Positions 22,411-30,526 of a stretch of 64,000 nucleotides of DNA are shown piece after piece; within the stretch, counting starts at the first letter, position 1; every line of letters starts with the position of its first letter. Both the position numbers and the translations under genes were made by a program. The notes under the pieces were generated by a model. It made no database searches. It had not been told where the DNA came from and worked only from the letters and a program-made list of their open reading frames with translations. Source of the DNA: an uncultured Acidimicrobiaceae bacterium (GTDB lineage Bacteria > Actinomycetota > Acidimicrobiia > Acidimicrobiales > RAAP-2); NCBI GenBank assembly GCA_963787485.1, contig CAWBDF010000008.1, forward strand, positions 23,755 through 87,754, written 5' to 3'.

Positions 22411-23601
22411 CGGGCGTGCGAGGTGGGTCGCGCCGCCGAGGGCGTCTCGCCGAGCGAGGCGAGGTACCCGTCCCGGTTGCGCAGCATCTCGGCCAGCGAG
22501 TCGCCGCCGAACTTGCCCAGCGCCTCGGACGCCAGCACCAGTGCCATCATCGACTCAGCCACCACGCCCATGGCCGGGACGGCGGTGACGTCGGTGCGCT
22601 CCTTGAAGCTGACCGTGGACTCCTTGGTGACCACGTCGACCGTCTGGAGGACGGGCCGGTTCAAGGTGGCCAAAGGCTTCATGGCCACCCGCGCCACGAC
22701 CAGGGCGCCATTGGAGATGCCGCCCTCAATTCCGCCGGCCCGCTGCGTCGGCCGCACGTAGCCGTGTTCCTCGTCGTAGACGATGGCGTCGTGGGCCTCC
22801 GAACCCCGTCGGCCGGCGTTGTCCCAGCCGTCACCGATCTCGACCGCCTTCACCGCCTGGATCGACATCAGCGCCTGGGCCAGGTTGGCGTCGAGCTTGC
22901 GGTCCCAGTGCACGTGGCTCCCCAGGCCGACGGGCACCCCGTAGGCCAGCACCTCGGCCACACCGCCCAGGGAGTCGCCGTCCTTGGCCGCAGCCTTCAC
23001 GGCGGCGACCATGGCCTCCTCGGTCGCCGGGTCGAAGCAGCGCACCGCGCTCGGCGTCCACCGCCTCGAGGTCGGCGGGTCCGGGCCGCCGAGTCTCCGG
23101 CCCGGTGGCGACCGTCCCGATCCGCACCACGTGGCTTACGATCGACATGCCCAGGTGCCCCAGGAGCAGCTTCGCCAAGGTCCCGGCGGCCACGCGGGCG
23201 GCCGTCTCGCGTGCCGAGGCGCGCTCCAGCACGTCCCGGGCGTCGGCGAAGCCGTACTTGAGCATCCCGGGCAGGTCGGCGTGGCCGGGGCGGGGCTTGG
23301 TCAGGACGGATGACGGTTCGCCCGGCTCGGAGGACATCTCCTCGGTCCACTTGGGCCACTCGGTGTTGGCGATCTCAATGGCGACGGGCGATCCCAACGT
23401 CCGGCCGTGGCGAACGCCGCCCAGCAGCGTGATCTCGTCCGCCTCGAAACGCATCCGGGGCCCCCGGCCGAACCCCAGCCGGCGCCGCGCCAGCTCGTCG
23501 GCCACGTCGGACACCTCGACGGGCAACCCGGCGGGGAGGCCCTCCACAATGACCACGAGAGCTCGGCCGTGGGACTCACCCGCGGTCAGGAAGCGCAGCA
23601 C
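22407..23601 (-). CDS. aroC: chorismate synthase, frame interrupted by an apparent 1-nt insertion near 23045-23055
   Basis: N-terminal half in frame of ORF 22831-23601 ([57 protein letters not shown]). C-terminal half in frame of ORF 22407-23045 ([49 protein letters not shown]). Dropping one g from gagcgcggtgcgc gives DAERVRCFD, co-linear with the mycobacterial DASPVRAYD. Confidence 0.9.
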
Positions 23602-23607
23602 GGCGCC

Positions 23608-23613
23608 ACGCTA
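23608..23613 (-). promoter_or_regulatory. candidate -10 hexamer TAGCGT, 6 nt upstream of the aroC GTG (leaderless-type)
   Basis: Minus strand reads ccgaTAGCGTggcgccGTG. Confidence 0.4.
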
Positions 23614-23620
23614 TCGGACC

Positions 23621-23640
23621 GCCTCAGGGCTCCCCGAGGC
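23621..23640 (-). terminator. candidate terminator hairpin after the nfu-like gene
   Basis: gcctcagggctccccgaggc forms a 7-bp stem (one G-U) with a 6-nt loop, 11 nt downstream of the stop at 23651. No U-tract. Confidence 0.3.
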
Positions 23641-23650
23641 CCGGCGCGAC

Positions 23651-24352
23651 TCAGAAGTACGGGTTGTCCCCACTCCCGTGGTCGGTGACGTCGACGACCC
23701 GGGAGAGCTCGGGCACCCCTTGGAGCAACGCGGTCTCGATCCCCTGCCGCAGTGTCATCTGCGACATGGCACACCCCTGACAACCGCCCGACAGGCGCAG
23801 GTACGCCGTGCCGTCCTCCTCGTCGAGCGCCACCAGGTCCGCCCGTCCGCCGTGGCCGGCGATGGAGGGGTTGACGTCGTCCTCGAGCACGGCGACGACC
23901 TTTTGGGCCAGCGGCCCCGCGATGCCGCGGGACAGCACCTCGGGAGGGACCCCCGGTGCCGCCTCGGCGAGAGTCGGGCGGTTCGGGTTGACGAGGACCA
24001 GCCCGCCTTCACCCTCGTCGGACCACTCCAACCGGGCGCCGCGCAGGCGCTCGACGCTTTCGGCCGGCACGATGACCTGCAGCTCGTCCTGCACGTGTCC
24101 GACGTCACTCGCATCGGCATCCGAGATCGCCTGGAAGTAGAGGTCGTAGACGAAGGAGTCCGCCTGGACGCCGCGCACTTCGAGCCACAGTGCGAGCGTC
24201 TCGGGCTCGGGCTCCGCGCCGATGGCCTCCCGGACGACCCTGTGGGCCTCGGGCGTGAGCGTGACCACTGGCACGGCCTCTCGGTTTGGGGCGTCGCCAG
24301 CCGATGTGCCGGTGACCGCCGTGGTGTCCGTCGTCGCTGTCGTCGTTGCCAT
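23651..24352 (-). CDS. Fe-S cluster biogenesis protein, NfuA-like (degenerate A-type N-terminal domain plus Nfu C-terminal domain)
   Basis: 233 aa. C-terminus is VNPSIAGHGGRADLVALDEEDGTAYLRLSGGCQGCAMSQMTLRQGIE (Nfu CxxC motif). The N-terminal half resembles an HesB/IscA fold without the Cys triad. Confidence 0.75.
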   Translation of the reverse strand: MATTTATTDTTAVTGTSAGDAPNREAVPVVTLTPEAHRVVREAIGAEPEPETLALWLEVRGVQADSFVYDLYFQAISDADASDVGHVQDELQVIVPAESVERLRGARLEWSDEGEGGLVLVNPNRPTLAEAAPGVPPEVLSRGIAGPLAQKVVAVLEDDVNPSIAGHGGRADLVALDEEDGTAYLRLSGGCQGCAMSQMTLRQGIETALLQGVPELSRVVDVTDHGSGDNPYF

Positions 24353-24359
24353 GGCGGAC

Positions 24360-24365
24360 AGTCTA
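24360..24365 (-). promoter_or_regulatory. candidate -10 hexamer TAGACT, 7 nt upstream of the nfu-like ATG (leaderless-type)
   Basis: Minus strand reads ccccgTAGACTgtccgccATG. Confidence 0.4.
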
Positions 24366-24399
24366 CGGGGCGTGGAGCGACGACCCGGATCCGGGTGCG

Positions 24400-25185
24400 A
24401 TGAAGTCGGGAGTACGCGTTGTAGGGTGCCCAGGCGTGGCCCGCCCCCCGACCGACACCCACGAGTGGATCAGCTTCGAGGACGAAGAGGAGGAGCGGAC
24501 GTGGACGTTCGACGTCAGCTTCCTCGCCAGCAACTGGACGTGCATCTTCGGCCACGGGTGCCAGGGCGTCCTCACCGGCCCGGCCCCCGAGCTGGTCCAG
24601 GGGTGCTGCAGCTACGGCGCGCACCTCGTGGACAAACAGGATGCCCGGCGCGTCCTCAAGGCGGCGGCCACCCTCACTCCTGAGGACTGGCAGAACCACG
24701 GGACGAAGAAAAGCCTGATCCACGTCAACAAAGCGGGCGAGACGGTGACCCGGTTGCTCGGGGACGCCTGCGTCTTCCTCAACCGGCCGGGCTTCCCCGC
24801 CGGCGCCGGCTGCGCCTTCCACATCGCCGCCGTCCGGCGCGGCGTGGACCCCATGACCCTCAAACCCGAGGTGTGCTGGCAGCTGCCCCTACGCCGGGAG
24901 GACCAGGTCGACGACGAAGAGGGCCACGTCACCTCGGTCATCCGCCAGTGGGACCGCCGGCACTGGGGGAAAGGTGGACGCGAGTTCCATTGGTGGTGCA
25001 CCGAGGCCCCGGACGCATTCGTGGGGAGCAAGCCGGTGTACCAGGCGATGGAGGCCGAGCTCACGGCGATGGTCGGCGCCAAGGTCTACAAGCGCTTCGT
25101 CGCCCTCATGCGCGAGCGGGAGCAACGTCGAGAAAAACGGGTGGCCCTCCCCCACCCCGCCGTACGGAGCCGCTCCTCGGCCTAG
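24400..25185 (+). CDS. conserved-looking Cys-rich hypothetical protein (possible metal or Fe-S binding)
   Basis: Track ORF 24346-25185 (TTG start); ATG at 24400 preferred. Cys clusters: NWTCIFGHGCQGV, QGCCSYGAH, GDACVFLN, GAGCAFH, EVCWQLP, HWWC. Composition is coding-like. Family not recognised. Confidence 0.6.
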   Translation: MKSGVRVVGCPGVARPPTDTHEWISFEDEEEERTWTFDVSFLASNWTCIFGHGCQGVLTGPAPELVQGCCSYGAHLVDKQDARRVLKAAATLTPEDWQNHGTKKSLIHVNKAGETVTRLLGDACVFLNRPGFPAGAGCAFHIAAVRRGVDPMTLKPEVCWQLPLRREDQVDDEEGHVTSVIRQWDRRHWGKGGREFHWWCTEAPDAFVGSKPVYQAMEAELTAMVGAKVYKRFVALMREREQRREKRVALPHPAVRSRSSA

Positions 25186-26297
25186 TGCTCGTGCACGATG
25201 ACGCCGCGGATGTTGCGGCCCTCGAGCATGTCGTCGACGGCGGTGTTGACGTCGGCGATCCGATAGCGCCGGGTGACCAGCTCGTCGAGCTTCAGCTTCC
25301 CGGCGCGGTACAGGTCGATCTGACGCCGGATCTCGAGGGCCGGGCTCCCCATCCCGAAGAGGGAGCCCTGGATCCGCTTCTGGAAGGCGGTCAACAGCAT
25401 GAGGTTGACCGGCACGTCGAGCATGGTCATGGTGTCGGCCATGCCGGTGACGACGACCGTGCCTCCCTTGCCGATGGCATTGAAGGCCTCCGCGACGTGC
25501 TGGCCGGTCACTCCGTCGAGGGTGATCACCGCGCTGTCGGCGCCCTGCCCCTCGGTGATCGATCGGGCGAACTCCGCCGCATCGGCGATGGAGCGAAACG
25601 TGTGGGTCGCTCCCAGCTTGGCCGCCACCTCGAGCTTGAAGGGAACCGGGTCCACGGCAATGACCGCCACGGCGCCCGCCAGGGAGGCACCCTGCACCGC
25701 GTTCATGCCGACGCCGCCGACACCCATCACGATGACGGTGTCGCCAGGGCGGACGCCGGCGGCGTGGATGGACGAACCCAGTCCCGTGCCCACACCGCAG
25801 CCGAGGAGGCAGATGGTGTCGAGCGGCAGGTCATCGGGCACCTTGACCACGGACATCTCGGACACGGTGCTCCAGGCAGAGAACGAGGACACGTGCATCA
25901 GCTGGCACACGTCACGACCCTCGACGTGCATCCGGTAGGTGCCGTCGAGCTGCGGTCCCCGTTCGAGCGTCGCCCCCGCCTGGCACAGGTTCTGGCGGCC
26001 GGACGCGCAGTAACGGCAGCGACCGCAGCTGGGGATGAAGCTGGTGACGACGTGGTCCCCGGGACGCACCGACGTGACGGCCCGACCGATCTCCTCGACG
26101 ATCCCGCCCCCCTCGTGCCCTCCGCAGAGGGGCAGGACCGTGTCGTGGGTGCCGAGGTTGTAGTGCACGTCGCTGTGGCACAGACCCGAGGCCACCATCC
26201 GCACGAGCACCTCGTGGTCCTTGGGCGGATCCACGTCGACCTCGCAGATCTCCCAGTGGCCGGGTGATTCGAAGAGGAGCGCGGCGGCCGACTTCAT
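25182..26297 (-). CDS. zinc-dependent alcohol dehydrogenase family (class III / NDMA-dependent-like)
   Basis: From ATG 26295-26297: ..LCHSDVH..CGGHEGGGIVEEIG (catalytic Zn), CGRCRYCASGRQNLC (structural Zn), VMGVGGVGMNA (Rossmann). GGGGAGGGAG Shine-Dalgarno upstream. Confidence 0.88.
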   Translation of the reverse strand: MKSAAALLFESPGHWEICEVDVDPPKDHEVLVRMVASGLCHSDVHYNLGTHDTVLPLCGGHEGGGIVEEIGRAVTSVRPGDHVVTSFIPSCGRCRYCASGRQNLCQAGATLERGPQLDGTYRMHVEGRDVCQLMHVSSFSAWSTVSEMSVVKVPDDLPLDTICLLGCGVGTGLGSSIHAAGVRPGDTVIVMGVGGVGMNAVQGASLAGAVAVIAVDPVPFKLEVAAKLGATHTFRSIADAAEFARSITEGQGADSAVITLDGVTGQHVAEAFNAIGKGGTVVVTGMADTMTMLDVPVNLMLLTAFQKRIQGSLFGMGSPALEIRRQIDLYRAGKLKLDELVTRRYRIADVNTAVDDMLEGRNIRGVIVHEH

Positions 26298-26492
26298 CGC
26301 TCCCTCCCCGCAGCTTGGGGCGTGAAGACGAGATGCGGCCCATTTTCCAGACGAGTTGCCATCGCCAGTCCCCCGGCTCCTCGGTTTGCTGCAGGCCACG
26401 CTATCGGTGATCTCTGTGCGCAGCAACGTCTCCTGCGCGCTCCCGGAGGGCATACTCGTGTCACCGATTCACCGCCGGAACGGGATGTTGCC

Positions 26493-27401
26493 ATGGAGAT
26501 CATCGACGCCCAGTTGCACGAGCCCGGGATCGACGACTTCTGGAGCGACCACGACCCGACAATCCGGCGAGGCGTGCTCGACGAGGCACTGCACACGTTG
26601 CTCGCCGCGGTCGGCGTCAGCGGCGCCGTGCTGCATCCGGTGGAAGATGTCGAATGGGCGCACTCCGTGGCGGCACGAGAACCGCATCGCTTCGCGGTCG
26701 TTCCCATGCTCGCTCGAGTCGATTCGCCCATCCGCGCCTGGTGGGACTCACGCCGGTGGGACTCCATCGACCCGACGCTGCCGGACCTCGAGGAGCGCCT
26801 CGAGCGTGCGTTGGAACGTCCCGGATTTGCCGGCCTCCGCGTCTTCGCCACCGCGGAGATGAACGGCCCGCCTGCACCCGCCAGCGGCTACCACGTCGCC
26901 CTGGCATGGTGCGAGCGCCGGGGGGTGCCGATCTTCGTGGCGGGAGCAGGCCTCGCCACCGTGATCGGCACACTGGTGCGGACGTTCCCCGAGCTCGTCC
27001 TGGTCCTCGACCAGATGGGGCTGCATGTTGGAGACCCCGACGTCTGGTCCGGCGTGCCCTCCCTGCTCGCACTGGCGGCTTACCCGACCGTCCACCTCAA
27101 AATGACCGGCCTTCCCGAGCTCGCGAACGGGGCTTCTCCCTCTGAGGACATCGGACGCCGACTTCGCCAGATCGTCGAGACCTTCGGAGCGCGACGCTGC
27201 ATGTGGGCCTCTGACATCAGCCGGGTCCAGGGGAGGGTCGGCTGCGGGAACCGGTTCCCCCACGGCGACAGCGCCGATCACACCTACGCCGAGTCGTTGT
27301 CCTTCGTCCGCGACGCGTCGTGGCTCGACGACGAAGACACGCACCTGTTGTTGGGCGGAACCACCCGACGACTGCTCCGCTGGCCCACCCGCCCCGGCTG
27401 A
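26493..27401 (+). CDS. amidohydrolase-2 (TIM-barrel metal-dependent hydrolase) family protein
   Basis: From ATG 26493: MEIIDAQLHE..; ..MWASDISR.. near the C-terminus. The pattern resembles PF04909-type amidohydrolases. Recall-based only. Confidence 0.65.
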   Translation: MEIIDAQLHEPGIDDFWSDHDPTIRRGVLDEALHTLLAAVGVSGAVLHPVEDVEWAHSVAAREPHRFAVVPMLARVDSPIRAWWDSRRWDSIDPTLPDLEERLERALERPGFAGLRVFATAEMNGPPAPASGYHVALAWCERRGVPIFVAGAGLATVIGTLVRTFPELVLVLDQMGLHVGDPDVWSGVPSLLALAAYPTVHLKMTGLPELANGASPSEDIGRRLRQIVETFGARRCMWASDISRVQGRVGCGNRFPHGDSADHTYAESLSFVRDASWLDDEDTHLLLGGTTRRLLRWPTRPG

Positions 27402-27438
27402 CGTTGCGCCGTCGGGCCCGTGGTGCGAGACGTCCTGC

Positions 27439-27654
27439 TCAGTCGTTGAGCGGGTCGTCGTCCGAGTTCGAAGTGGAGTTCTTGGTGGGCATGGACCCCA
27501 GAATGCGGTCGTACTGGTCCTCTTCGGCCAGGCACCACGACGCGTGCACGTCGTCCGGCTCGGCGCCGCACTCGACACAGCGTCCCGTGGACTCCGTCGA
27601 AGACCGCTTGAGGCTGCGCGCTTCCTCGAATCGCCGATGGCGTCCCTTTTTCAC
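27439..27654 (-). CDS. small hypothetical protein (71 aa), basic N-terminus, CxxC...HxxxC, acidic Ser/Asp-rich tail
   Basis: GTG start at 27652-27654, preceded by AAGGAG with a 5-nt spacer. MKKGRHRRFEEARSLKR..GRCVECGAEPDDVHASWC..NSTSNSDDDPLND. Locally lower GC. Confidence 0.5.
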   Translation of the reverse strand: MKKGRHRRFEEARSLKRSSTESTGRCVECGAEPDDVHASWCLAEEDQYDRILGSMPTKNSTSNSDDDPLND

Positions 27655-27899
27655 GAGAACTCCTTGTCACACCCGGTCCGCTTGGCGGCCCGCCCCCAAC
27701 ACCCGGAGCGCACCCGCGCACTCCGGCGCGCCCACCAGTGTAGTGGCTGACGACGGGGTTCTTGCTTCGTCCCAGTTCAGCGAACATGGAGTGGGCGGCC
27801 CCACCTCGAGAACCCGAACCTCGGGGTCGACCCGTCGCGACCGCGCACAACCCCGTGGCGACGGCGCACGCCATGGTCGTGCCCGGCGACGTCACCACG

Positions 27900-27905
27900 T
27901 ACGCT
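27900..27905 (+). promoter_or_regulatory. candidate -10 hexamer TACGCT, 7 nt upstream of GTG 27913 (leaderless-type)
   Basis: Plus strand reads cacgTACGCTgaccgccGTG. The same hexamer occurs upstream of menH and menE. Confidence 0.35.
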
Positions 27906-27912
27906 GACCGCC

Positions 27913-28152
27913 GTGCCCACCTTCGATCCACAGGAGATGGTTGCCCGGTTCCGCGCCCGCGCCGAGGCCGTGCGCACCCGCGGCATGCCTCCCGTCGAGG
28001 GCCCCGAGCGACAGCGATTCCGTGAGCAGGCGCAACGGGACTTCTCGGATTTCGCCATGATCGGCGACGCCCAGGTCGAACTGGTCGACGGTATCCTGAC
28101 GCTCCGCATCGATCTGCGCCCACCTCCAGCCCAGTCGGACCCGGGGGCCTGA
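27913..28152 (+). CDS. small hypothetical protein (79 aa)
   Basis: Track ORF with GTG start: VPTFDPQEMVARFRARAEAVRTRGMPPVEG..AMIGDAQVELVDGILTLRIDL. Supported only by ORF shape and the upstream -10-like hexamer. Confidence 0.4.
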   Translation: MPTFDPQEMVARFRARAEAVRTRGMPPVEGPERQRFREQAQRDFSDFAMIGDAQVELVDGILTLRIDLRPPPAQSDPGA

Positions 28153-28160
28153 CGCGGGGT

Positions 28161-28691
28161 TCACCCGCCGTAGTGCATGCGGGTGTCCTCCATGCGGAGG
28201 ACCTCAGCGGGTTCTCCCCCGACCTCGACCACCTCCCCGACGCACCACACGTGACTCCCGAGCACGTCGGCGCGCGTGAGCGTGCAGGCGATGTACCCGA
28301 CGGCTGACGCCAAGACGGGGAGCCTCCCGGGTCCCACCTCCATGACGGGGTGACCCGACACGACGAGGTCGGATCCCCCCGAGGGTGCCCGCACGACGTC
28401 GGTGACCGGCTTCACGAAGCGGCGCACGACCTCGCGCTCATCGCGTGCCAGCAGCGAGATGCTGAAGGCCCCACCACGTGACACCAGCCGTGCCGTCACC
28501 GACTCGCGCTCGAGGGCCACACCGACCAGCTTGGGCTCGACGCACACCTGCACGACGAGATTCGCCGTCATGAGATTGACCTCGTCGCCGTCACGGCTCC
28601 CGACGAGGTACAACCCCGTGGGGAACGACCAAAGGACTCGGCGACGATGGCGATCGAAGTCGTCGGCCCCCTCGTGCCCGGAGGAGCTCAT
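28161..28691 (-). CDS. flavin reductase-like (FMN-binding split-barrel) protein
   Basis: From ATG 28689-28691: ..LWSFPTGLYLVGSRDGDEVNLMTANLVVQVCVEPKLVGVAL..GGAFSISLL..HVWCVGEVV. ATGA overlap with the upstream lipoprotein gene. Confidence 0.75.
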   Translation of the reverse strand: MSSSGHEGADDFDRHRRRVLWSFPTGLYLVGSRDGDEVNLMTANLVVQVCVEPKLVGVALERESVTARLVSRGGAFSISLLARDEREVVRRFVKPVTDVVRAPSGGSDLVVSGHPVMEVGPGRLPVLASAVGYIACTLTRADVLGSHVWCVGEVVEVGGEPAEVLRMEDTRMHYGG

Positions 28692-29203
28692 CCGAAGATG
28701 CCTCCCGCCCCCGAATCGCCGCTGTTGCCCACCGTCGTCGTGGTGGCGGGGGGGTGTCCGTCGACGGCGCCGATGCGCCGCAGGGCCTCCCGGTACAGCG
28801 CGTCCGCCTGGCTTCCCTCCCGCTCGGCACGCGTGAGCGTGCTCCGGTCCGACGCGCCGCCGTAACAGTCGTTGCCCGCCGTGCCTTCGAGCCCGTACGC
28901 CTGGGTCAGAAGCTCGGTCACCGTGGGGTCGGGTGACGGCAAGGTCGAATTGGCCATTTCGGCATCGTTGACGATGGTGCTGCACGCGGCGTGCAGCGCG
29001 CCCGAACCATTGGGCACCACCTTGGCGATGCGTGCGTTGTCCGCCACCAGGGTGCCGATCTCGGGGCCCAGACCAGTCCCGCTCACCCACACCGACATCC
29101 GGTGTGCTGGCGACCCCTCCTGATCGGCTCCGGCACAGGAGGTCAGGGCAACGGCGCAGGTTGACACGAGGAGAACGGCCACCACGCGAACCGGACGGAT
29201 CAT
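28688..29203 (-). CDS. putative lipoprotein, unknown function
   Basis: 171 aa: MIRPVRVVAVLLVSTCAVALTSCAGAD, a signal peptide plus lipobox (L-T-S-C). ATGA overlap with the tyrS stop. Confidence 0.7.
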   Translation of the reverse strand: MIRPVRVVAVLLVSTCAVALTSCAGADQEGSPAHRMSVWVSGTGLGPEIGTLVADNARIAKVVPNGSGALHAACSTIVNDAEMANSTLPSPDPTVTELLTQAYGLEGTAGNDCYGGASDRSTLTRAEREGSQADALYREALRRIGAVDGHPPATTTTVGNSGDSGAGGIFG

Positions 29204-30465
29204 GTGGCCCGGACGACGTGCACCTCCCGCCGCCCGCGGCGCAGCACGAGGTAACGATCGTGCAACAGGTCCTCCGCCGCGAACGTTCGGTGCTGGTCCG
29301 TCTGCCGAACGTTGTTGACGTACGCGCCTCCCTGGTCGACGGTACGCCTGGCTTCCCCCCGCGACGAGACCAGCCCGGTGCGCTCCAAGAGGTCCGTGAG
29401 GGAAAGGCCGCCGAGCATCTCGGCCCGGGACACGTCGGTGGTGGGCACATCCTCGGTGACCACCAGCAGCATCTGCTCGCTCAGCCCGGCGATCTCCTCA
29501 CCGAAGAGCGCGGCGGATGCTTCCTCCGCCTTGGTCACTTCGGCGTCGCCGTGCACAAGGGCCGTGACGGCGCGCGCCAACGCTCGCGGTGCGGCCCGAC
29601 GTTGAGGGTGGTCGGCCGTTTCGCCGTCGAGGGCTTCGATCTCGGTGTGCCCGAGGAAGGTGAGGAAGCGGAGCAGCTGGCCCACCTGCTCGTCAGGCGT
29701 GTTCACGAAGAACTGGTACATGGCGTAGGGAGTCGTACGGCGGGGATCGAGCCAGACGGTGCCCGTCTCGGTCTTGCCGTACTTCGTGCCGTCGGCCTTG
29801 ACGACGAGTGGCGAGGTCAGACCCCAGACCTCGTCTCCGCACACTTTGCGGATCAACTCGACGCCCATGGTGATGTTGCCCCATTGGTCGCTCCCGCCGA
29901 TTTGCAGATCGCACCCGTGGTCGACGTGCAAGCGGAGGAAGTCGTAGGCCTGGAGCAGCATGTAGCTGAACTCGGTGTAGCTGATGCCCTGATCGGGGCG
30001 CTCGAATCGGGCCTTGACCGACTCCTTGCTCACCATCTGATTCACCGTGAAGTGCTTGCCGACGTCACGTAGGAACTCGAGCGTGGACAGCGAACCGAGC
30101 CAGTCGACGTTGTTGAGCAGCACGGCGTCGTCCATGTCGAGGAACTGGGCCAACTGTGGACGCACGCCGTCGAGGTAGGCCTCCATCGCCTCGAGCCTGA
30201 GCAGCTGGCGCTCGTCATTCTTGCCGCCCGGGTCGCCGATCATCCCGGTGCCTCCTCCGGCGAGGGAGATGGCGCGGTGCCCGGCCAGCTGGAACCGGCG
30301 AAGGGTGCACAACTGCAACAAGTTGCCCACGTGGAGACTGTCCGCGCTCGGGTCGAAGCCGGCGTACACGGTGAGACCGGGTTGATCGAGCCGTTTCGGG
30401 AGCTCGGGGTCGGTCATCTGGTGGATCAGGCCGCGGAAGGCGAGGTCCTCCGAGAGCGTGGGCAT
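29200..30465 (-). CDS. tyrS: tyrosine-tRNA ligase
   Basis: From ATG 30463-30465: MPTLSEDLAFRGLIHQ..YAGFDPSADSLHVGNL (HIGH-like)..GGSDQWGNI..KYGKTE (KMSKS-like); C-terminal S4 domain. Confidence 0.96.
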   Translation of the reverse strand: MPTLSEDLAFRGLIHQMTDPELPKRLDQPGLTVYAGFDPSADSLHVGNLLQLCTLRRFQLAGHRAISLAGGGTGMIGDPGGKNDERQLLRLEAMEAYLDGVRPQLAQFLDMDDAVLLNNVDWLGSLSTLEFLRDVGKHFTVNQMVSKESVKARFERPDQGISYTEFSYMLLQAYDFLRLHVDHGCDLQIGGSDQWGNITMGVELIRKVCGDEVWGLTSPLVVKADGTKYGKTETGTVWLDPRRTTPYAMYQFFVNTPDEQVGQLLRFLTFLGHTEIEALDGETADHPQRRAAPRALARAVTALVHGDAEVTKAEEASAALFGEEIAGLSEQMLLVVTEDVPTTDVSRAEMLGGLSLTDLLERTGLVSSRGEARRTVDQGGAYVNNVRQTDQHRTFAAEDLLHDRYLVLRRGRREVHVVRAT

Positions 30466-30526
30466 GCCTTGACTCTGCCATACACGGGTAGGTTGATCGG
30501 CCTCATGGGGACGCGGTGAGCGGGAT

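Noticed and set aside
27439-28152. Toxin-antitoxin interpretation of the two small ORFs.
   Set aside because: They are divergently transcribed and separated by 258 bp rather than co-transcribed. Neither resembles a toxin or antitoxin family I recognise.
30466-30526. Possible T-box leader upstream of tyrS. Also considered: a SAM riboswitch before metK and an FMN riboswitch before ribD.
   Set aside because: The tyrS upstream spacer is only 61 nt, too short for a T-box. The metK start overlaps the coaBC stop, and ribD starts 3 nt after rpe, so there are no leaders to hold riboswitches.
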